64,000 nt of DNA from Hungateiclostridiaceae bacterium UBA1305 (GCA_002307275.1 DBTX01000078.1:66350-130349), one strand, 5' to 3'. Shown: positions 43,972 to 54,523, numbered from the stretch's first letter. Notes: generated from the letters alone by a model not told the origin. Made by a program: numbers and translations.

Positions 43972-44997
43972 CTACTTTATTATTGTTTCATATCCGTCAG
44001 TATTGATATTGAGGTTTTCTGAAGTCCCGATAATGTATGCCTTCAAATAGGCGGCTTTCACCTTGACTCCACTATATTGTTCCAAGTTCACATCATCACT
44101 GAATTCCAATGATTTTCCCGGTTCAATCACCGTTTGTGTCAGCGCCGCTATAAATGATTTATCCGCCGACCACCTGTACAGGCTATTCCTACCGGCATCA
44201 AGCAATTCAAAGTCGAATTTCTGCCCTGAACTATGATTGATGACCACTTTCGAAGCCGAATTGTTCGTTATTGTCAGCTTCATATGGATCACGCCATCCT
44301 TCATTTCTGCAGAAGGTGTAACCTGAACCGGTGACAATTCCTGATCCATCAGGCGTAATAGCCTGTCAGTGACTGTTACCGCCTGTGCCCTTGTTGCAAG
44401 GTCTGCAGGATAGAACTTCGCATTGGCAGGCCTCTTAATCAGCCCGTCATGCTCTGCTCTTGCAATTTCACCAGAATAAACCGGATTGATTTTATCCTGA
44501 TCCGCAAATGGAATGGTTGACAGCTTAATCTGCTTGAACTTATCACCCATCTTATACTTGTATGCATTCATCAGGAAATGCACCATTTCTTCCCGTGTCA
44601 ATGTGTCATTGGGCCTGAACGTGCCTTTGTAATCTATAATGTTGGCGATCACCAGATCGTAAAGCGCCGATGCATATGGTTCCTCGTTCTTCACATCACT
44701 GTAGAATTCCCCGATATCCGTCGCCTTGAAATACTGGATCTGAATACCAAGAGACTTGTGCAGCAGCAGTACAAATTCGCTTCTTGTAATCGGCTTGTTT
44801 GGCTGAAACTTGCCATCATTTATACCGAGCATCGTCTGATCCACGATTCGGTTTATGGAATCCTCCGCCCAGTGCCCGGAAATATCGGTGAAACCTGGCG
44901 CCTTCGTCCCAGCAGATGTATTATCTTGTGCCAATACTGCCGCGTTCATGGATAAGATTGCTATCATAACAATTATTGCAGTTATTATTCTTCTCAT
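43972..44997 (-). CDS. Cell-wall-anchored protein: signal peptide, three SLH repeats, BsuPI-like proteinase-inhibitor domain
   Basis: SLH signatures FTDISGHWAEDSINRIV, FYSDVKNEEPYASALYDLV and IPFADQDKINPVYSGEIARA. The C-terminal domain LTITNNSASKVVINHSSGQKFDFELLD...YRWS is BsuPI-like. Confidence 0.75.
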   Translation of the reverse strand: MRRIITAIIVMIAILSMNAAVLAQDNTSAGTKAPGFTDISGHWAEDSINRIVDQTMLGINDGKFQPNKPITRSEFVLLLHKSLGIQIQYFKATDIGEFYSDVKNEEPYASALYDLVIANIIDYKGTFRPNDTLTREEMVHFLMNAYKYKMGDKFKQIKLSTIPFADQDKINPVYSGEIARAEHDGLIKRPANAKFYPADLATRAQAVTVTDRLLRLMDQELSPVQVTPSAEMKDGVIHMKLTITNNSASKVVINHSSGQKFDFELLDAGRNSLYRWSADKSFIAALTQTVIEPGKSLEFSDDVNLEQYSGVKVKAAYLKAYIIGTSENLNINTDGYETIIK

Positions 44998-45118
44998 TTC
45001 ATTTCCCACCCTTGTCAATTATATTATGTAATCTGCAGATGTATTATTAGACGGGTGGTTTTGAAATACGTTCCAGACTTATTGTTACAATTTGATATCA
45101 GCAAAGCGAAAATAGCAT

Positions 45119-45209
45119 AAAACCACAGGCCAAAATACGCCCATATTGCTGCAAGCTACGTCGTTTCCTTCACAAAGCAGGCCCCTGGCCGTAAGCTTAT
45201 ATGCTGTGG
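45119..45209 (-). terminator. Multi-stem structure ending in a T-run downstream of ltaE
   Basis: On the minus strand, an outer stem CCACAG...CTGTGG encloses AAGCU(U)ACG...CGUAGCUU and GGCC-agg-GGCC, then TTTTA. Confidence 0.35.
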
Positions 45210-45250
45210 CAATGACCAGGTATTGCAGGATTCATAGCTGCGCATAGTCA

Positions 45251-46291
45251 TTATAGTACTTTTATTTCTTTTAAAACTTCTTTCATCGCATCAATAACAT
45301 ATCGTATATCTTCCCTGGATATCCAGTAATGTGTTACGAATCTCATTGAACCGTCATCCCCTGAATTGAAAATAATTCCATTTTTTCTCATGCCAACTGC
45401 AAATTTATGCATATCCAGTCCCGGATTTGCCATTTCAAAAAACACCATGTTGATATGGACATCCGCCGGATTTACTTTAATACCGGGGATTGTAGAAAGC
45501 TCTTTTGCAAGGTAACATGCGTTGTCATGGTCTTCTCCGAGCCTGAGTGTCATTTTTTCAAGCGCAATAAGTCCAGCCGCCGCCAGAAATCCCGCCTGGC
45601 GCATGCCGCCGCCCATCAGCTTCCTGCCTTTTCTTGCCCTGGCAATAAAGCCGCTGCTGCCTGCAAGCATGGAGCCTATAGGTGCACAAAGACCTTTGGA
45701 GAGGCAAAACATTACAGAGTCGCAATATTGGGTAATATCCCGCGCATCAATGTTCAAATAAGTTGCAGCATTAAACAATCTGGCCCCATCCAGATGGACC
45801 GGTATCTCATGCTTATGAGCCGTTTCATGGATTCTGCACATATTCTCGAGAGGCACAACTCTGCCATTTGCAAGTGCATTCTCTATACAGATCAATCCCG
45901 TACTGGGTTCATGGAGATCCTCTTCACGTATTCTGGACTCAATAGCCGAAGTGTCGGCTTGTTCAATGAAGCCCGGCAGTGCACGCAACTGCACCCCTGC
46001 AATGACAGATGCCGCTCCCACCTCATGTTGTACAATATGGCACTGTTCGCCAAGAATGACCTCGGTCCCGCGCCTGCAATGCGTTAAAAGCGCCAGCTGA
46101 TTTCCAAAGGTTCCGCTTGGCACAAAAAGCGCCGCTTCCTTCCCGACCTTTTCGGCAGCATATTCCTCAAGCCTGTTAACCGTAGGGTCATCCCCGTAAA
46201 CATCATCTCCAACCTCCGCAGCATACATGGCATCGCGCATTTCCTGCGTCGGCTTTGTTACAGTATCACTTCTTAGGTCAATGATTTTCAT
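45251..46291 (-). CDS. ltaE: Low-specificity L-threonine aldolase
   Basis: IDLRSDTVTKPT..MR.AM..AEVGDDVYGDDPTVN is the hallmark N-terminus. PLP-lysine region MFCLSKGLCAPIGS. Confidence 0.85.
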   Translation of the reverse strand: MKIIDLRSDTVTKPTQEMRDAMYAAEVGDDVYGDDPTVNRLEEYAAEKVGKEAALFVPSGTFGNQLALLTHCRRGTEVILGEQCHIVQHEVGAASVIAGVQLRALPGFIEQADTSAIESRIREEDLHEPSTGLICIENALANGRVVPLENMCRIHETAHKHEIPVHLDGARLFNAATYLNIDARDITQYCDSVMFCLSKGLCAPIGSMLAGSSGFIARARKGRKLMGGGMRQAGFLAAAGLIALEKMTLRLGEDHDNACYLAKELSTIPGIKVNPADVHINMVFFEMANPGLDMHKFAVGMRKNGIIFNSGDDGSMRFVTHYWISREDIRYVIDAMKEVLKEIKVL

Positions 46292-46487
46292 TTGTATCAC
46301 TCCCCGAATCACATCGTATTAAAATCCGTCTATTGCTCGTTCAGATGCCATTTTAACATATGGCTCTGTCACTTCGACCACTTATCATTATATCTTTTTA
46401 AACGGACTTTCCTGCGGGTTATGCTTTGCCAAAAAAAACACCTATTTGCTCATTATATCACACGATAAATACCTGCAGAATCGTCAA

Positions 46488-46511
46488 AACAGCTTCCTTC
46501 CGAAAGCTGTT
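46488..46511 (-). terminator. Possible terminator of the murF-ddl operon
   Basis: AACAGCTT-n8-AAGCTGTT is followed on the minus strand by TT GACG. The T-tract is short. Confidence 0.4.
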
Positions 46512-46628
46512 CCAATTTGGGCAACTTTTTTTGAATACCTGCATCATTTCAATTGTTTTGTATTAAAGATTGACAGCCATTGAGGTGGGGGACATCTTTT
46601 GCCTCGCTATAGTATCCGGAAAGTAACC

Positions 46629-47627
46629 TCACATACAGGCGAGCTCTATCAACCTGTCTATCAATTCACCATAGGCGATTCCCGAATACTCCATCATTTT
46701 GGGATACATGCTTATATCCGTAAACCCCGGAAGCGTGTTTACCTCATTAAAATAAATCTCGCCATCTTCTTTGGAAATGAAGAAATCCACCCTGCTTAGT
46801 CCTCTTCCATTGATGCCCCTGAAAACCTTTTCCACATAAGCCTTGATCTTATCAATCTGCTCATTTCCCAGCTTTGCGGGAATTTCCGCTCTGGATTTCT
46901 GATTATTATATTTTGCATCGAAATCATATAATTCATTTGCTGACAATATTTCACCGGGCTCGGAGATGATCAGTTCCGTATTGCCCAGAACCGCACATTC
47001 TATTTCCCTTGCCGGTATGAATTTTTCGATCAAAAGCTTTTGATCGTATAAAAATGCAAGCTCGACTGCCTTCATGAGTTCATCCTGATTGCTGACCTTT
47101 GTTATACCATAGGAGGAGCCAGCATTACACGGTTTTATAATTAATGGATAATCACCTACTATGCTTTTATCCACGACCACATCCTGACCTCTTGAAAACA
47201 CCTGGTAGGGTACGATCGGAACGGACTTCAGCGCTGCCAGGACCTTTGTATACTCCTTATCCATCCCCACGGAAGAGGCAAGTACGCCACAGCCTACATA
47301 TTTTATCCCGCAAAGCTCAAACAATCCCTGGATAGTGCCATCTTCGCCATTTTTACCGTGAAGCACCGGAAATGCAATATCATGATTTTTTATCAATCCG
47401 ATGATATCTTTTATCTCTTCCAGGTTCTCTTTTTCATTCAGCCATTCATTTGATTTCACACTTTTGTTGGATCCTTTGAATTCGAACCATTCTCCGTTCT
47501 TGCTGATCCCTACCCTGGTGACCTCATATTTGCCCGTATCGACATTTTCCAGAACATTTCCTGCCGATATACAGGAAATGTCATGTTCCGAGGATTGGCC
47601 CCCGAAAACAACCAATAATTTTAACAT
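46629..47627 (-). CDS. ddl: D-alanine--D-alanine ligase
   Basis: VVFGGQSSEHDISCISA, the ATP-grasp core, and an omega-loop region LYDFDAKY typical of D-Ala-D-Ala (not D-Ala-D-Lac) ligases. Confidence 0.9.
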   Translation of the reverse strand: MLKLLVVFGGQSSEHDISCISAGNVLENVDTGKYEVTRVGISKNGEWFEFKGSNKSVKSNEWLNEKENLEEIKDIIGLIKNHDIAFPVLHGKNGEDGTIQGLFELCGIKYVGCGVLASSVGMDKEYTKVLAALKSVPIVPYQVFSRGQDVVVDKSIVGDYPLIIKPCNAGSSYGITKVSNQDELMKAVELAFLYDQKLLIEKFIPAREIECAVLGNTELIISEPGEILSANELYDFDAKYNNQKSRAEIPAKLGNEQIDKIKAYVEKVFRGINGRGLSRVDFFISKEDGEIYFNEVNTLPGFTDISMYPKMMEYSGIAYGELIDRLIELACM

Positions 47628-47650
47628 GATATACTCCCCTGATCCCTTTA

Positions 47651-49045
47651 TTATTTGCCAATGTATTCGATAATCGCATTTACGATCTCTTCAAATTTCA
47701 TTCCTCTGGATGCTTTGAAATAGATCAGGTCTCCCTCGCTGACGATCTCTTTCAGTTTACTGATTGCATCCTTCTTGTCCTCAAAATGGTATGCCGGATT
47801 TTCCGAGCCCTTTTTCATCGCATTGGAAATCTCAATGGAATCTTTTCCGCAAGTTATTAGTAAATCTGGATTTTTACCGGTTAATAGTTCCCCGATCTTC
47901 CGATGATGATCTACGGAATATTCTCCCAATTCATACATGTCCCCCAGAACAAGGATCTTCCTTTTGGCCTGCAGCGCATCAACCGCTTCAATTCCGGCTT
48001 TCATGGAATCAAAATTGGCATTGTAGGCATCATTGATCAACAGGATATCCTTTTTCAAGTGTACCTGCTGCATTCTCATATTTTCGTTCTTGTATCCACT
48101 GTATCCTTCAACGAACTGTTCCTCCTGCAGGCCCAGTTCCCTGCCGACCGCCATCGCGCAAAGCGCATTATAGATATTGTGCCTGCCTATGCAATTCAAC
48201 CTGTATTTTGTATGATCGACATGGAAAACTGTGGACGACTTTTCATTAGATATGTCAGATGCCTGAATATCCACGTCCGTATTTTCGATACCGTATTTTA
48301 TGACCTTCAGATGATCGCTGGATTCCAGAGTTTTTAAGAATTGGTCATCTCCATTAACAATTAACGTTCCATTTTCCTTCAGGCCATTCAGGATCTCCTG
48401 CTTCGCTTTGAAAATATTCTCCCGCGAGCCCAGAATTCCAATATGCGCGACACCGATGTTCGTAATAACTGCAATATCAGGCTTTGCCAATTTTGACAGC
48501 AGGCTGATCTCCCCAAAACTGCTCATACCCATTTCTACAACGCATACTTCTTCGTCATTCAACCTCAGCAAGGTAAGGGGAAGACCTATTTCGTTATTCA
48601 AGTTGCCTTCCGTTTTTAAGATATGGAAGCCTTTCTCCAATACGCTGTGTATCATTTCCTTCGTACTTGTCTTGCCAACGCTTCCTGTTACAGCGATCAA
48701 TTTGACCTGGCTCTTTCTATCTCTGTTATATCCGGCTAATGTCTGCAGTGCCAAAAGAGTATCGTCGACTTCTATAATAACGATTTCACTGTTCAGACTC
48801 ATTGCTTCCTGAATCAATTCCTCTCTTCGCGCATATTTCTTTGAAAGAAAGAATCCGGAGGCCCCTTTTTGTATTGCATCAGGTATATAATCATGGCCGT
48901 CAAACTGTTCACCAATCAACGGGATATAGAAATCTCCATTTTTAATTGTCCGGGTATCTTTCGAAAAATTGCTGAATTCCTTGTTTTCAGCGCCTGCAAC
49001 TAATTTGCCGCCAACAGCGCCAACCATTTCACTGACATTGAACAT
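47651..49045 (-). CDS. murF: UDP-N-acetylmuramoyl-tripeptide--D-alanyl-D-alanine ligase
   Basis: Mur ligase P-loop VTGSVGKTSTKE, DNAYNAN-type block (INDAYNAN) and LGDMYELG. The AGGGTGG RBS supports the ATG at 49045. Confidence 0.9.
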   Translation of the reverse strand: MFNVSEMVGAVGGKLVAGAENKEFSNFSKDTRTIKNGDFYIPLIGEQFDGHDYIPDAIQKGASGFFLSKKYARREELIQEAMSLNSEIVIIEVDDTLLALQTLAGYNRDRKSQVKLIAVTGSVGKTSTKEMIHSVLEKGFHILKTEGNLNNEIGLPLTLLRLNDEEVCVVEMGMSSFGEISLLSKLAKPDIAVITNIGVAHIGILGSRENIFKAKQEILNGLKENGTLIVNGDDQFLKTLESSDHLKVIKYGIENTDVDIQASDISNEKSSTVFHVDHTKYRLNCIGRHNIYNALCAMAVGRELGLQEEQFVEGYSGYKNENMRMQQVHLKKDILLINDAYNANFDSMKAGIEAVDALQAKRKILVLGDMYELGEYSVDHHRKIGELLTGKNPDLLITCGKDSIEISNAMKKGSENPAYHFEDKKDAISKLKEIVSEGDLIYFKASRGMKFEEIVNAIIEYIGK

Positions 49046-49243
49046 AAATACCACCCTAAAATAAAGTATGAAGCCCGGAGCAAAAGGCTGTTCGTTCCCA
49101 TATATTCATTATACTCGCTATGAAACGCGATATGCTCCCGATACTTTTTATTAATTCTTATCCGCGAAGCATGCCCCCTAATTATACCACGAAACATGCA
49201 TGCAGGCCATCGGGCAATAATATGACCTAGAAATCTGCTCAAC

Positions 49244-49269
49244 AAAAAAGACCCGGTATAACCAGGTCT
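49244..49269 (-). terminator. Rho-independent terminator
   Basis: On the minus strand, AGACCTGGT-tata-ACCGGGTCT is followed by TTTTTTG, downstream of the XRE gene stop at 49365. Confidence 0.65.
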
Positions 49270-49364
49270 GGTGCTATCTCCATCTTGCTATTCGCTGATA
49301 TGTAATCTGGATTCCAATGCATCTTCTTTCTGCAGGATGATTTTGGTGGCAATATGAGATGAAT

Positions 49365-50054
49365 TTATTTTACGCAGCCTCCGTGAAACATGCATTCATA
49401 TACTTTCATGTCATTTCGGAAAATTTCCTCATATCCGTTAAACCATTCAAACTCCCCGTTAACAACGCAATGATAGGCGAATTCTCCATTCCTGTATACC
49501 AAAGGCCCACGGTAAGGAAATTCCCTGGGGACCAATAACAGACACTCTTTTAAAAAGTCTCCCGAAAATCCGTCGGCAATAATCCGGCCGGTATAATTCA
49601 TTGACCAAAAGGGCGCTTCTTCACACCACAATGCTTCTTCCCCGGAAAACTTTTCACCCCCCAGATAGGTATCAATATACTTAAGATTATTTTCTATATA
49701 GCATAAGTCATGCGATTTTGGTCTCGAGGGGGCACTTTCAGCCCCATGCCCCGCATAACAGACTTTTTTTGCCTGACATAAGAACTCTATTATTTTTTCG
49801 TTATTCATATCAGGCAGTTTGGTATATTGATAGGAACAATCCTCATCACTAAAATCTTTAACAAGCCTGTCCATGCTTATCCCAAAGTAATCGCTCAGGA
49901 CAATCAGTTTATCCATATCAGGACACGACTGCCCCGCTTCCCATTTTGCTACCGCCTGCCTTGACACCCCTATTCTTTCCGCCAGTTTTTCCTGGGACAG
50001 TTCCTTTTCTTTTCTTAACACGAGTAGTTTGTCTTGAAATTTCATTTTCATCAC
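49365..50054 (-). CDS. XRE-family HTH protein with DUF5680-like C-terminal domain
   Basis: HTH LSQEKLAERIGVSRQAVAKWEAGQSCPD. The C-terminal block SHDLCY...YIDTYLGGEKFSGEE...FWSMNYTGR matches my recollection of DUF5680. Confidence 0.7.
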   Translation of the reverse strand: MMKMKFQDKLLVLRKEKELSQEKLAERIGVSRQAVAKWEAGQSCPDMDKLIVLSDYFGISMDRLVKDFSDEDCSYQYTKLPDMNNEKIIEFLCQAKKVCYAGHGAESAPSRPKSHDLCYIENNLKYIDTYLGGEKFSGEEALWCEEAPFWSMNYTGRIIADGFSGDFLKECLLLVPREFPYRGPLVYRNGEFAYHCVVNGEFEWFNGYEEIFRNDMKVYECMFHGGCVK

Positions 50055-50141
50055 CCCAGCTAATCATATAAGAAAAACTGACGGATTTCCACCAACCGCG
50101 AATAACATTTTTGACAACCGCTGGTTACAGAGTTCCATCGG

Positions 50142-50230
50142 TGATCTCCCAAAGAGTAGCATATTTCATCCTGCGGGAAATCAAAAAACATAGGTCTCAT
50201 TACGACGTTTGCAGATATACATAGCACAAT
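50142..50230 (-). pseudogene. Fragment of a second GH31 gene
   Basis: 50142..50203 aligns without gaps to 50955..51016 inside the intact GH31 gene, with roughly 85-90% identity by eye. It translates to VVMRPMFFDFPQDEICYSLGD, versus PVMRPMFFDYPQDEICYSLGD in the intact gene. Confidence 0.6.
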
Positions 50231-50746
50231 ATCTCCATTCGTACGGAAATTTGGAAGCTATTTAGTCCGCTTGCAGAGATTTTGCAAGTCCTTTTGCAAT
50301 GGCTGTTTTTGTATCATTGGCATCTTTCCGATCCGTGAATATTCCAATGAAACAAGTGGCAATCAGTATAATCGCTGCAAGGAGGAAAACCTTATCGAAG
50401 GAGTCCGCAATCTTATTGTTCTTGTCTGTGGTTATTTTGTTCATTACATTTTGAATTTCACTTTCCTGCCCGGCAAGCCCAACACCAGAAGCCAGCTTCG
50501 CCGCGGTTGACGGCATTCAGGACGAACTTGCTTTCGGTCAAAGTCCCGTTATTAACCACGACGTTCTCGTGGATGATTGTGCGCGATTAATCACGTCTAT
50601 GCTCAGGAAAAGGAAGAAAAATTAAAACAAAGAGGCAAAACCGAAATGGTCCGACCTCTTTGCAGCAATTCACCTATGCTTTACATCAATATAATATAGG
50701 ACAGATATTCAATCGGCCTTTTTAGGGCGGTGATCGGCGTACCATG

Positions 50747-52720
50747 TCATACAAATAAATCCAGGCATTCGCTTCCTTTTTTCACAAAAGCAATAAATTG
50801 ATCAAGTTCAGCGTGCACATCCACATAACAGCTGCCTGTATACTCCTTCTTATCATTCACATCAATCCAGGAACCTGAAGGAAGATATACCTTGCGGTCC
50901 GTCTGCCCTTGATTGACAATTGGCGCAAACAGGATATCCTCCCCGAACATATATTGATCTCCAAGGGAGTAGCATATTTCATCCTGCGGATAATCAAAGA
51001 ACATAGGCCTCATAACAGGTGCACCTGTTTTACTGGCTATATCCATATACTTGTGGATATAGGGGCGCAGGCGTTCGCGAAGCTCAATCAATTTTTTCAG
51101 AATTGGATAAGCTTTTTCACCAAAGCTCCATATCTCATTATCTCCACCGCTCTTTTCCTTAACTCCAGGATTGCGCTCCGGCTGACCGGGAGTGCGTTTT
51201 CTTGCACCGTGAAGTCTGGTAACAGAGCAGAAGACACCAAATTGGAACCAGCGTACAATCAATTCCTTGAAATAATCACTTTCAATGTCTGCTCCCCAGA
51301 AACCACCGATATCACTGTTCCACCAGGGAATACCGCACATTGCCATATTCAATCCTGTTTTCACACTCATGCGCAGGGCTTCAAAGGTAGAGGGTAGATC
51401 ACCGGACCACACCAATGCACCAAATTTCTGACTTCCGATCCATGCTGCACGGGTTAGGGAAATAATCTCGGTTTCCCCGACTTTTTTAAGTCCCTCATAG
51501 AAAAGCTGGCTATAGTAATATGGATATATAAGCCCGACTTCTTCGCCGTTTCCTCTAGAAAAACGTATATTGTCAAAATGGGCCGGCTGGATATCCGGCT
51601 CGGCCTGATCCAGCCAATAGCTTTTTATCCCATTCTTATAATAGTTGTCATATACTTTTGACCATACAAATTCTCTGGTTTCCGGATTGCTGGGATCAAA
51701 ATAGGTTTGCAGTCCATAGAACGGGAATATGCCGTATTGCCCTCTTTCCGTCCTTAACAGCATGTTCCGTTCATCCATATGCTTAAAATTTTCACTGGCC
51801 TGATTAATCGTCGGCCAAATAGATACAATAGGTTTGATTCCCATTTCCTCTAATTCATCGCACATCTTTTTAGGATCCGGCCAATATTTCGGATCCATTT
51901 TCCATTCGCCCTGCTCTGTCCAATGAAAATAATCAATGATAATAGCGGAAATAGGAATACCACGCTTTTTATATTCTCTGGCGACAGTAAGCAGTTCCTC
52001 CTGATCCTCATATCTTAATTTGCATTGCCAAAAGCCGGATGCCCATGACGGAAACACAGGTGCGTGGCCTGTCAGATCGGCATATTTAGCCATTATCTCT
52101 GCAGGAGTATCACCGGCAATCACAAGGTAATCGATCTGTTTTGTGGAGTTTGCTTCCCAAAGGGAATGATTATTGGTCAACTCACAGCGGCCGATGGCAG
52201 GATTGTTCCATAAAAATCCGTAGCCCCTTGAGGAATATACAAAAGGAATGGAGGATTTCGTATTCATTTGAATCAACTGACTTGATGAACCTTTTAAATC
52301 AAAACAATCATTCTGCTCCTGTCCCAGTCCGTAAAAATGCTCCTGTTCGTTCGGTTGGAATATTACCGTAGCGCGATGATTATCTGCACCTAAAGACCGA
52401 TATTCCCTGTATCTTCCATTAAACGCCATCTCCGAACGCTCAGTAAGAATCTCCAACCCATGCTTATAGTATATTATCATGCCGCTGGAAAACATTTCGG
52501 CTGAAATCTTGCCATTTGTAATGACTGCTTTGTCATTTTCTACTACTGCTGTACACTCTGTTGCCGGCTGTGGAAGCAGATTCCAGTCTTCATCCGTCAG
52601 TCTCGCATTCGGGGAGGCTTTAAACCGAAGGCCATCTGTTCCCCATGGTTCGATGACAGCAAGTTCATCTCTTTTTTGAAACAGGATTTTATTTCCCTGT
52701 ACTGTTAATACACCCATCAT
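50747..52720 (-). CDS. Glycoside hydrolase family 31 (alpha-xylosidase/alpha-glucosidase-like)
   Basis: Nucleophile region GIKSYWLDQAEPD, then ALVWSGDL and GIPWWNSDIGGF blocks. 657 aa. Confidence 0.9.
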   Translation of the reverse strand: MMGVLTVQGNKILFQKRDELAVIEPWGTDGLRFKASPNARLTDEDWNLLPQPATECTAVVENDKAVITNGKISAEMFSSGMIIYYKHGLEILTERSEMAFNGRYREYRSLGADNHRATVIFQPNEQEHFYGLGQEQNDCFDLKGSSSQLIQMNTKSSIPFVYSSRGYGFLWNNPAIGRCELTNNHSLWEANSTKQIDYLVIAGDTPAEIMAKYADLTGHAPVFPSWASGFWQCKLRYEDQEELLTVAREYKKRGIPISAIIIDYFHWTEQGEWKMDPKYWPDPKKMCDELEEMGIKPIVSIWPTINQASENFKHMDERNMLLRTERGQYGIFPFYGLQTYFDPSNPETREFVWSKVYDNYYKNGIKSYWLDQAEPDIQPAHFDNIRFSRGNGEEVGLIYPYYYSQLFYEGLKKVGETEIISLTRAAWIGSQKFGALVWSGDLPSTFEALRMSVKTGLNMAMCGIPWWNSDIGGFWGADIESDYFKELIVRWFQFGVFCSVTRLHGARKRTPGQPERNPGVKEKSGGDNEIWSFGEKAYPILKKLIELRERLRPYIHKYMDIASKTGAPVMRPMFFDYPQDEICYSLGDQYMFGEDILFAPIVNQGQTDRKVYLPSGSWIDVNDKKEYTGSCYVDVHAELDQFIAFVKKGSECLDLFV

Positions 52721-52861
52721 ATCACCCCTATCAATTATTCTTAGTTATTCCTCTTTCATTTTTTCCTTTTCATGCTATAGTTATAATATACTGCTATACA
52801 GGCTGCAAATCTTACATAATCGTGCTCTATTATTGCACTATTATACGATTGGAGTCCAGAA

Positions 52862-53725
52862 ATGAATCATTATGATCTGAAAGAAAAGGCACACCACGGT
52901 ACAAGGGAATTTCCCATTGAAGTCTATCGCGCCACAGGCACAATGGCATCCTATCACTGGCATGCTGAATGTGAATTGATCTATATCACTTCAGGCAGTG
53001 CCTGCATACGGATCGGTGTAAATATCTTTGAACTGAAGGAAGGCGAGTGTGCTTTTGTAAAAGCAAATGCTCTTCATTCTATTTCAACAGAAGACAATGC
53101 CAATTTTGGTTTTTATGCTGTTGTATTCCATCCATCATTACTTTTTTCAGATGTTGATATCTGCAGCGAGTATCTATCCCCCAAGTATGTTATCAGCAGC
53201 AGATTTTCTCCGAAAGATGCTGGGAATGCTGGAAGTGATGCTGAAAATGATGTAATTGAAGCAGTAAAATTACTTTGTCATATTTATGTAGATAAACCTT
53301 TTGCTTATACACTTAAGGTTAAATCCCAATTATACTTTATCTTTTCCCATATCTTTGAGTGTGGTTTATTTCATATGGAAGATAACTTTGAGAATAAAAA
53401 GACTGCGGATAAGCTTGAGAAAGTAATTAAATACATCCATGCCAACTGCCTTTCTTCCCTTCATGTAGAAGAGCTTGCTCATGCGTCCGGTTACAGCGTA
53501 TCCCATTTTACCCGTTTTTTCAAGGAACTCACCGGGAAAACCCCTGTTGAGTATATCAACCGACAGAGAATCTATCATGCCTGCGAAATGTTGAAAGAGA
53601 CAGACCTCAGTGTACTTGAAGTATCCCTGGCCTGCGGCTTTGAACATGCAGGCTATTTTATAAAAACTTTTAAAAAGCATACAGGGTATACACCTTATAA
53701 GTACAAATCTTTCCGTAAAATCTGA
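52862..53725 (+). CDS. AraC-family transcriptional regulator (cupin + HTH)
   Basis: Cupin-like WHAECELIYITSG. C-terminal HTH LAHASGYSVSHFTRFFK...ACGFEHAGYFIKTFKK. Divergent from GH31. Confidence 0.85.
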   Translation: MNHYDLKEKAHHGTREFPIEVYRATGTMASYHWHAECELIYITSGSACIRIGVNIFELKEGECAFVKANALHSISTEDNANFGFYAVVFHPSLLFSDVDICSEYLSPKYVISSRFSPKDAGNAGSDAENDVIEAVKLLCHIYVDKPFAYTLKVKSQLYFIFSHIFECGLFHMEDNFENKKTADKLEKVIKYIHANCLSSLHVEELAHASGYSVSHFTRFFKELTGKTPVEYINRQRIYHACEMLKETDLSVLEVSLACGFEHAGYFIKTFKKHTGYTPYKYKSFRKI

Positions 53726-53804
53726 AACTTTTGACTGAGCAAGGTTGATTTTAATGCCAAACTCTCTCCGGAGAATAACCGGCCATCGCAATCAAGCATT
53801 GCTA

Positions 53805-54479
53805 TCAGTCTGAAAACAAATCTGCTTTACCGTCCTTTATGGCATTGATCATATCATCAACACTCTTTAAAGGTCTTGAAAGCTGTAATCCGGAGAATCT
53901 GTTAAGCTTACCGGTATGATTGTCGGAACCTGCGGTTTTCAATAGTTTATAATTATCAGCATATTCCTCTGCCAATCTATTTTCAAAATCAGTTCTGCAT
54001 GCATTATCTATTTCAACAGCATCCACCTTTCGGGGCAATAGCCTGATCATGGCTATATAGTCGGCCTCACGAAACGGATGTGCATGAACAATAAACCCGC
54101 CATACTTATGTACAAGATCGCAGTATTCATTTACATCAATCCGAACTACTTCAGAATGATCCAGCAGCCATTCCTTATTAAGACCATATGTCAGCAAATC
54201 TGTTCCCTGGTAAGAATACTCCCATCCAAAAAAAACATCTGTTCCAATTCTTTTACCTTCCTGATACGCATTTTCATATCCCCGGCAAAACAGTTCAATC
54301 CGCTCTTCCCAGGGCAATTCTCCGGGAACCGTTGTGTTGCCATTAAGGAAATGGTCCGTTATGCAAATTCCGCTATATCCATATTCCTTATAAACCTGAA
54401 TAAGTTCGGCTGCCATAATTCTCCCACATTTGCTGACTTCCGCTGTATGAGCATGTGTCTCGTATTTGTAATTATTCAT
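53805..54479 (-). CDS. PHP-domain metal-dependent phosphoesterase
   Basis: YETHAHT...ICITDH...HAHPF...GSDNH His/Asp ligand series. The GGGAGAAGGA RBS supports the ATG at 54479. Confidence 0.8.
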   Translation of the reverse strand: MNNYKYETHAHTAEVSKCGRIMAAELIQVYKEYGYSGICITDHFLNGNTTVPGELPWEERIELFCRGYENAYQEGKRIGTDVFFGWEYSYQGTDLLTYGLNKEWLLDHSEVVRIDVNEYCDLVHKYGGFIVHAHPFREADYIAMIRLLPRKVDAVEIDNACRTDFENRLAEEYADNYKLLKTAGSDNHTGKLNRFSGLQLSRPLKSVDDMINAIKDGKADLFSD

Positions 54480-54523
54480 ATATTCCTTCTCCCTTACTGT
54501 GTGTGTAGTGCATGCATATAACC

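Noticed and set aside
46629-47627. Stand-alone murF-ddl pair considered as a vancomycin-resistance-type (D-Ala-D-Lac/Ser) ligase locus
   Set aside because: The ligase has the YDFDAKY omega-loop context of ordinary D-Ala-D-Ala ligases. No vanH, vanX or vanRS-like genes are adjacent.
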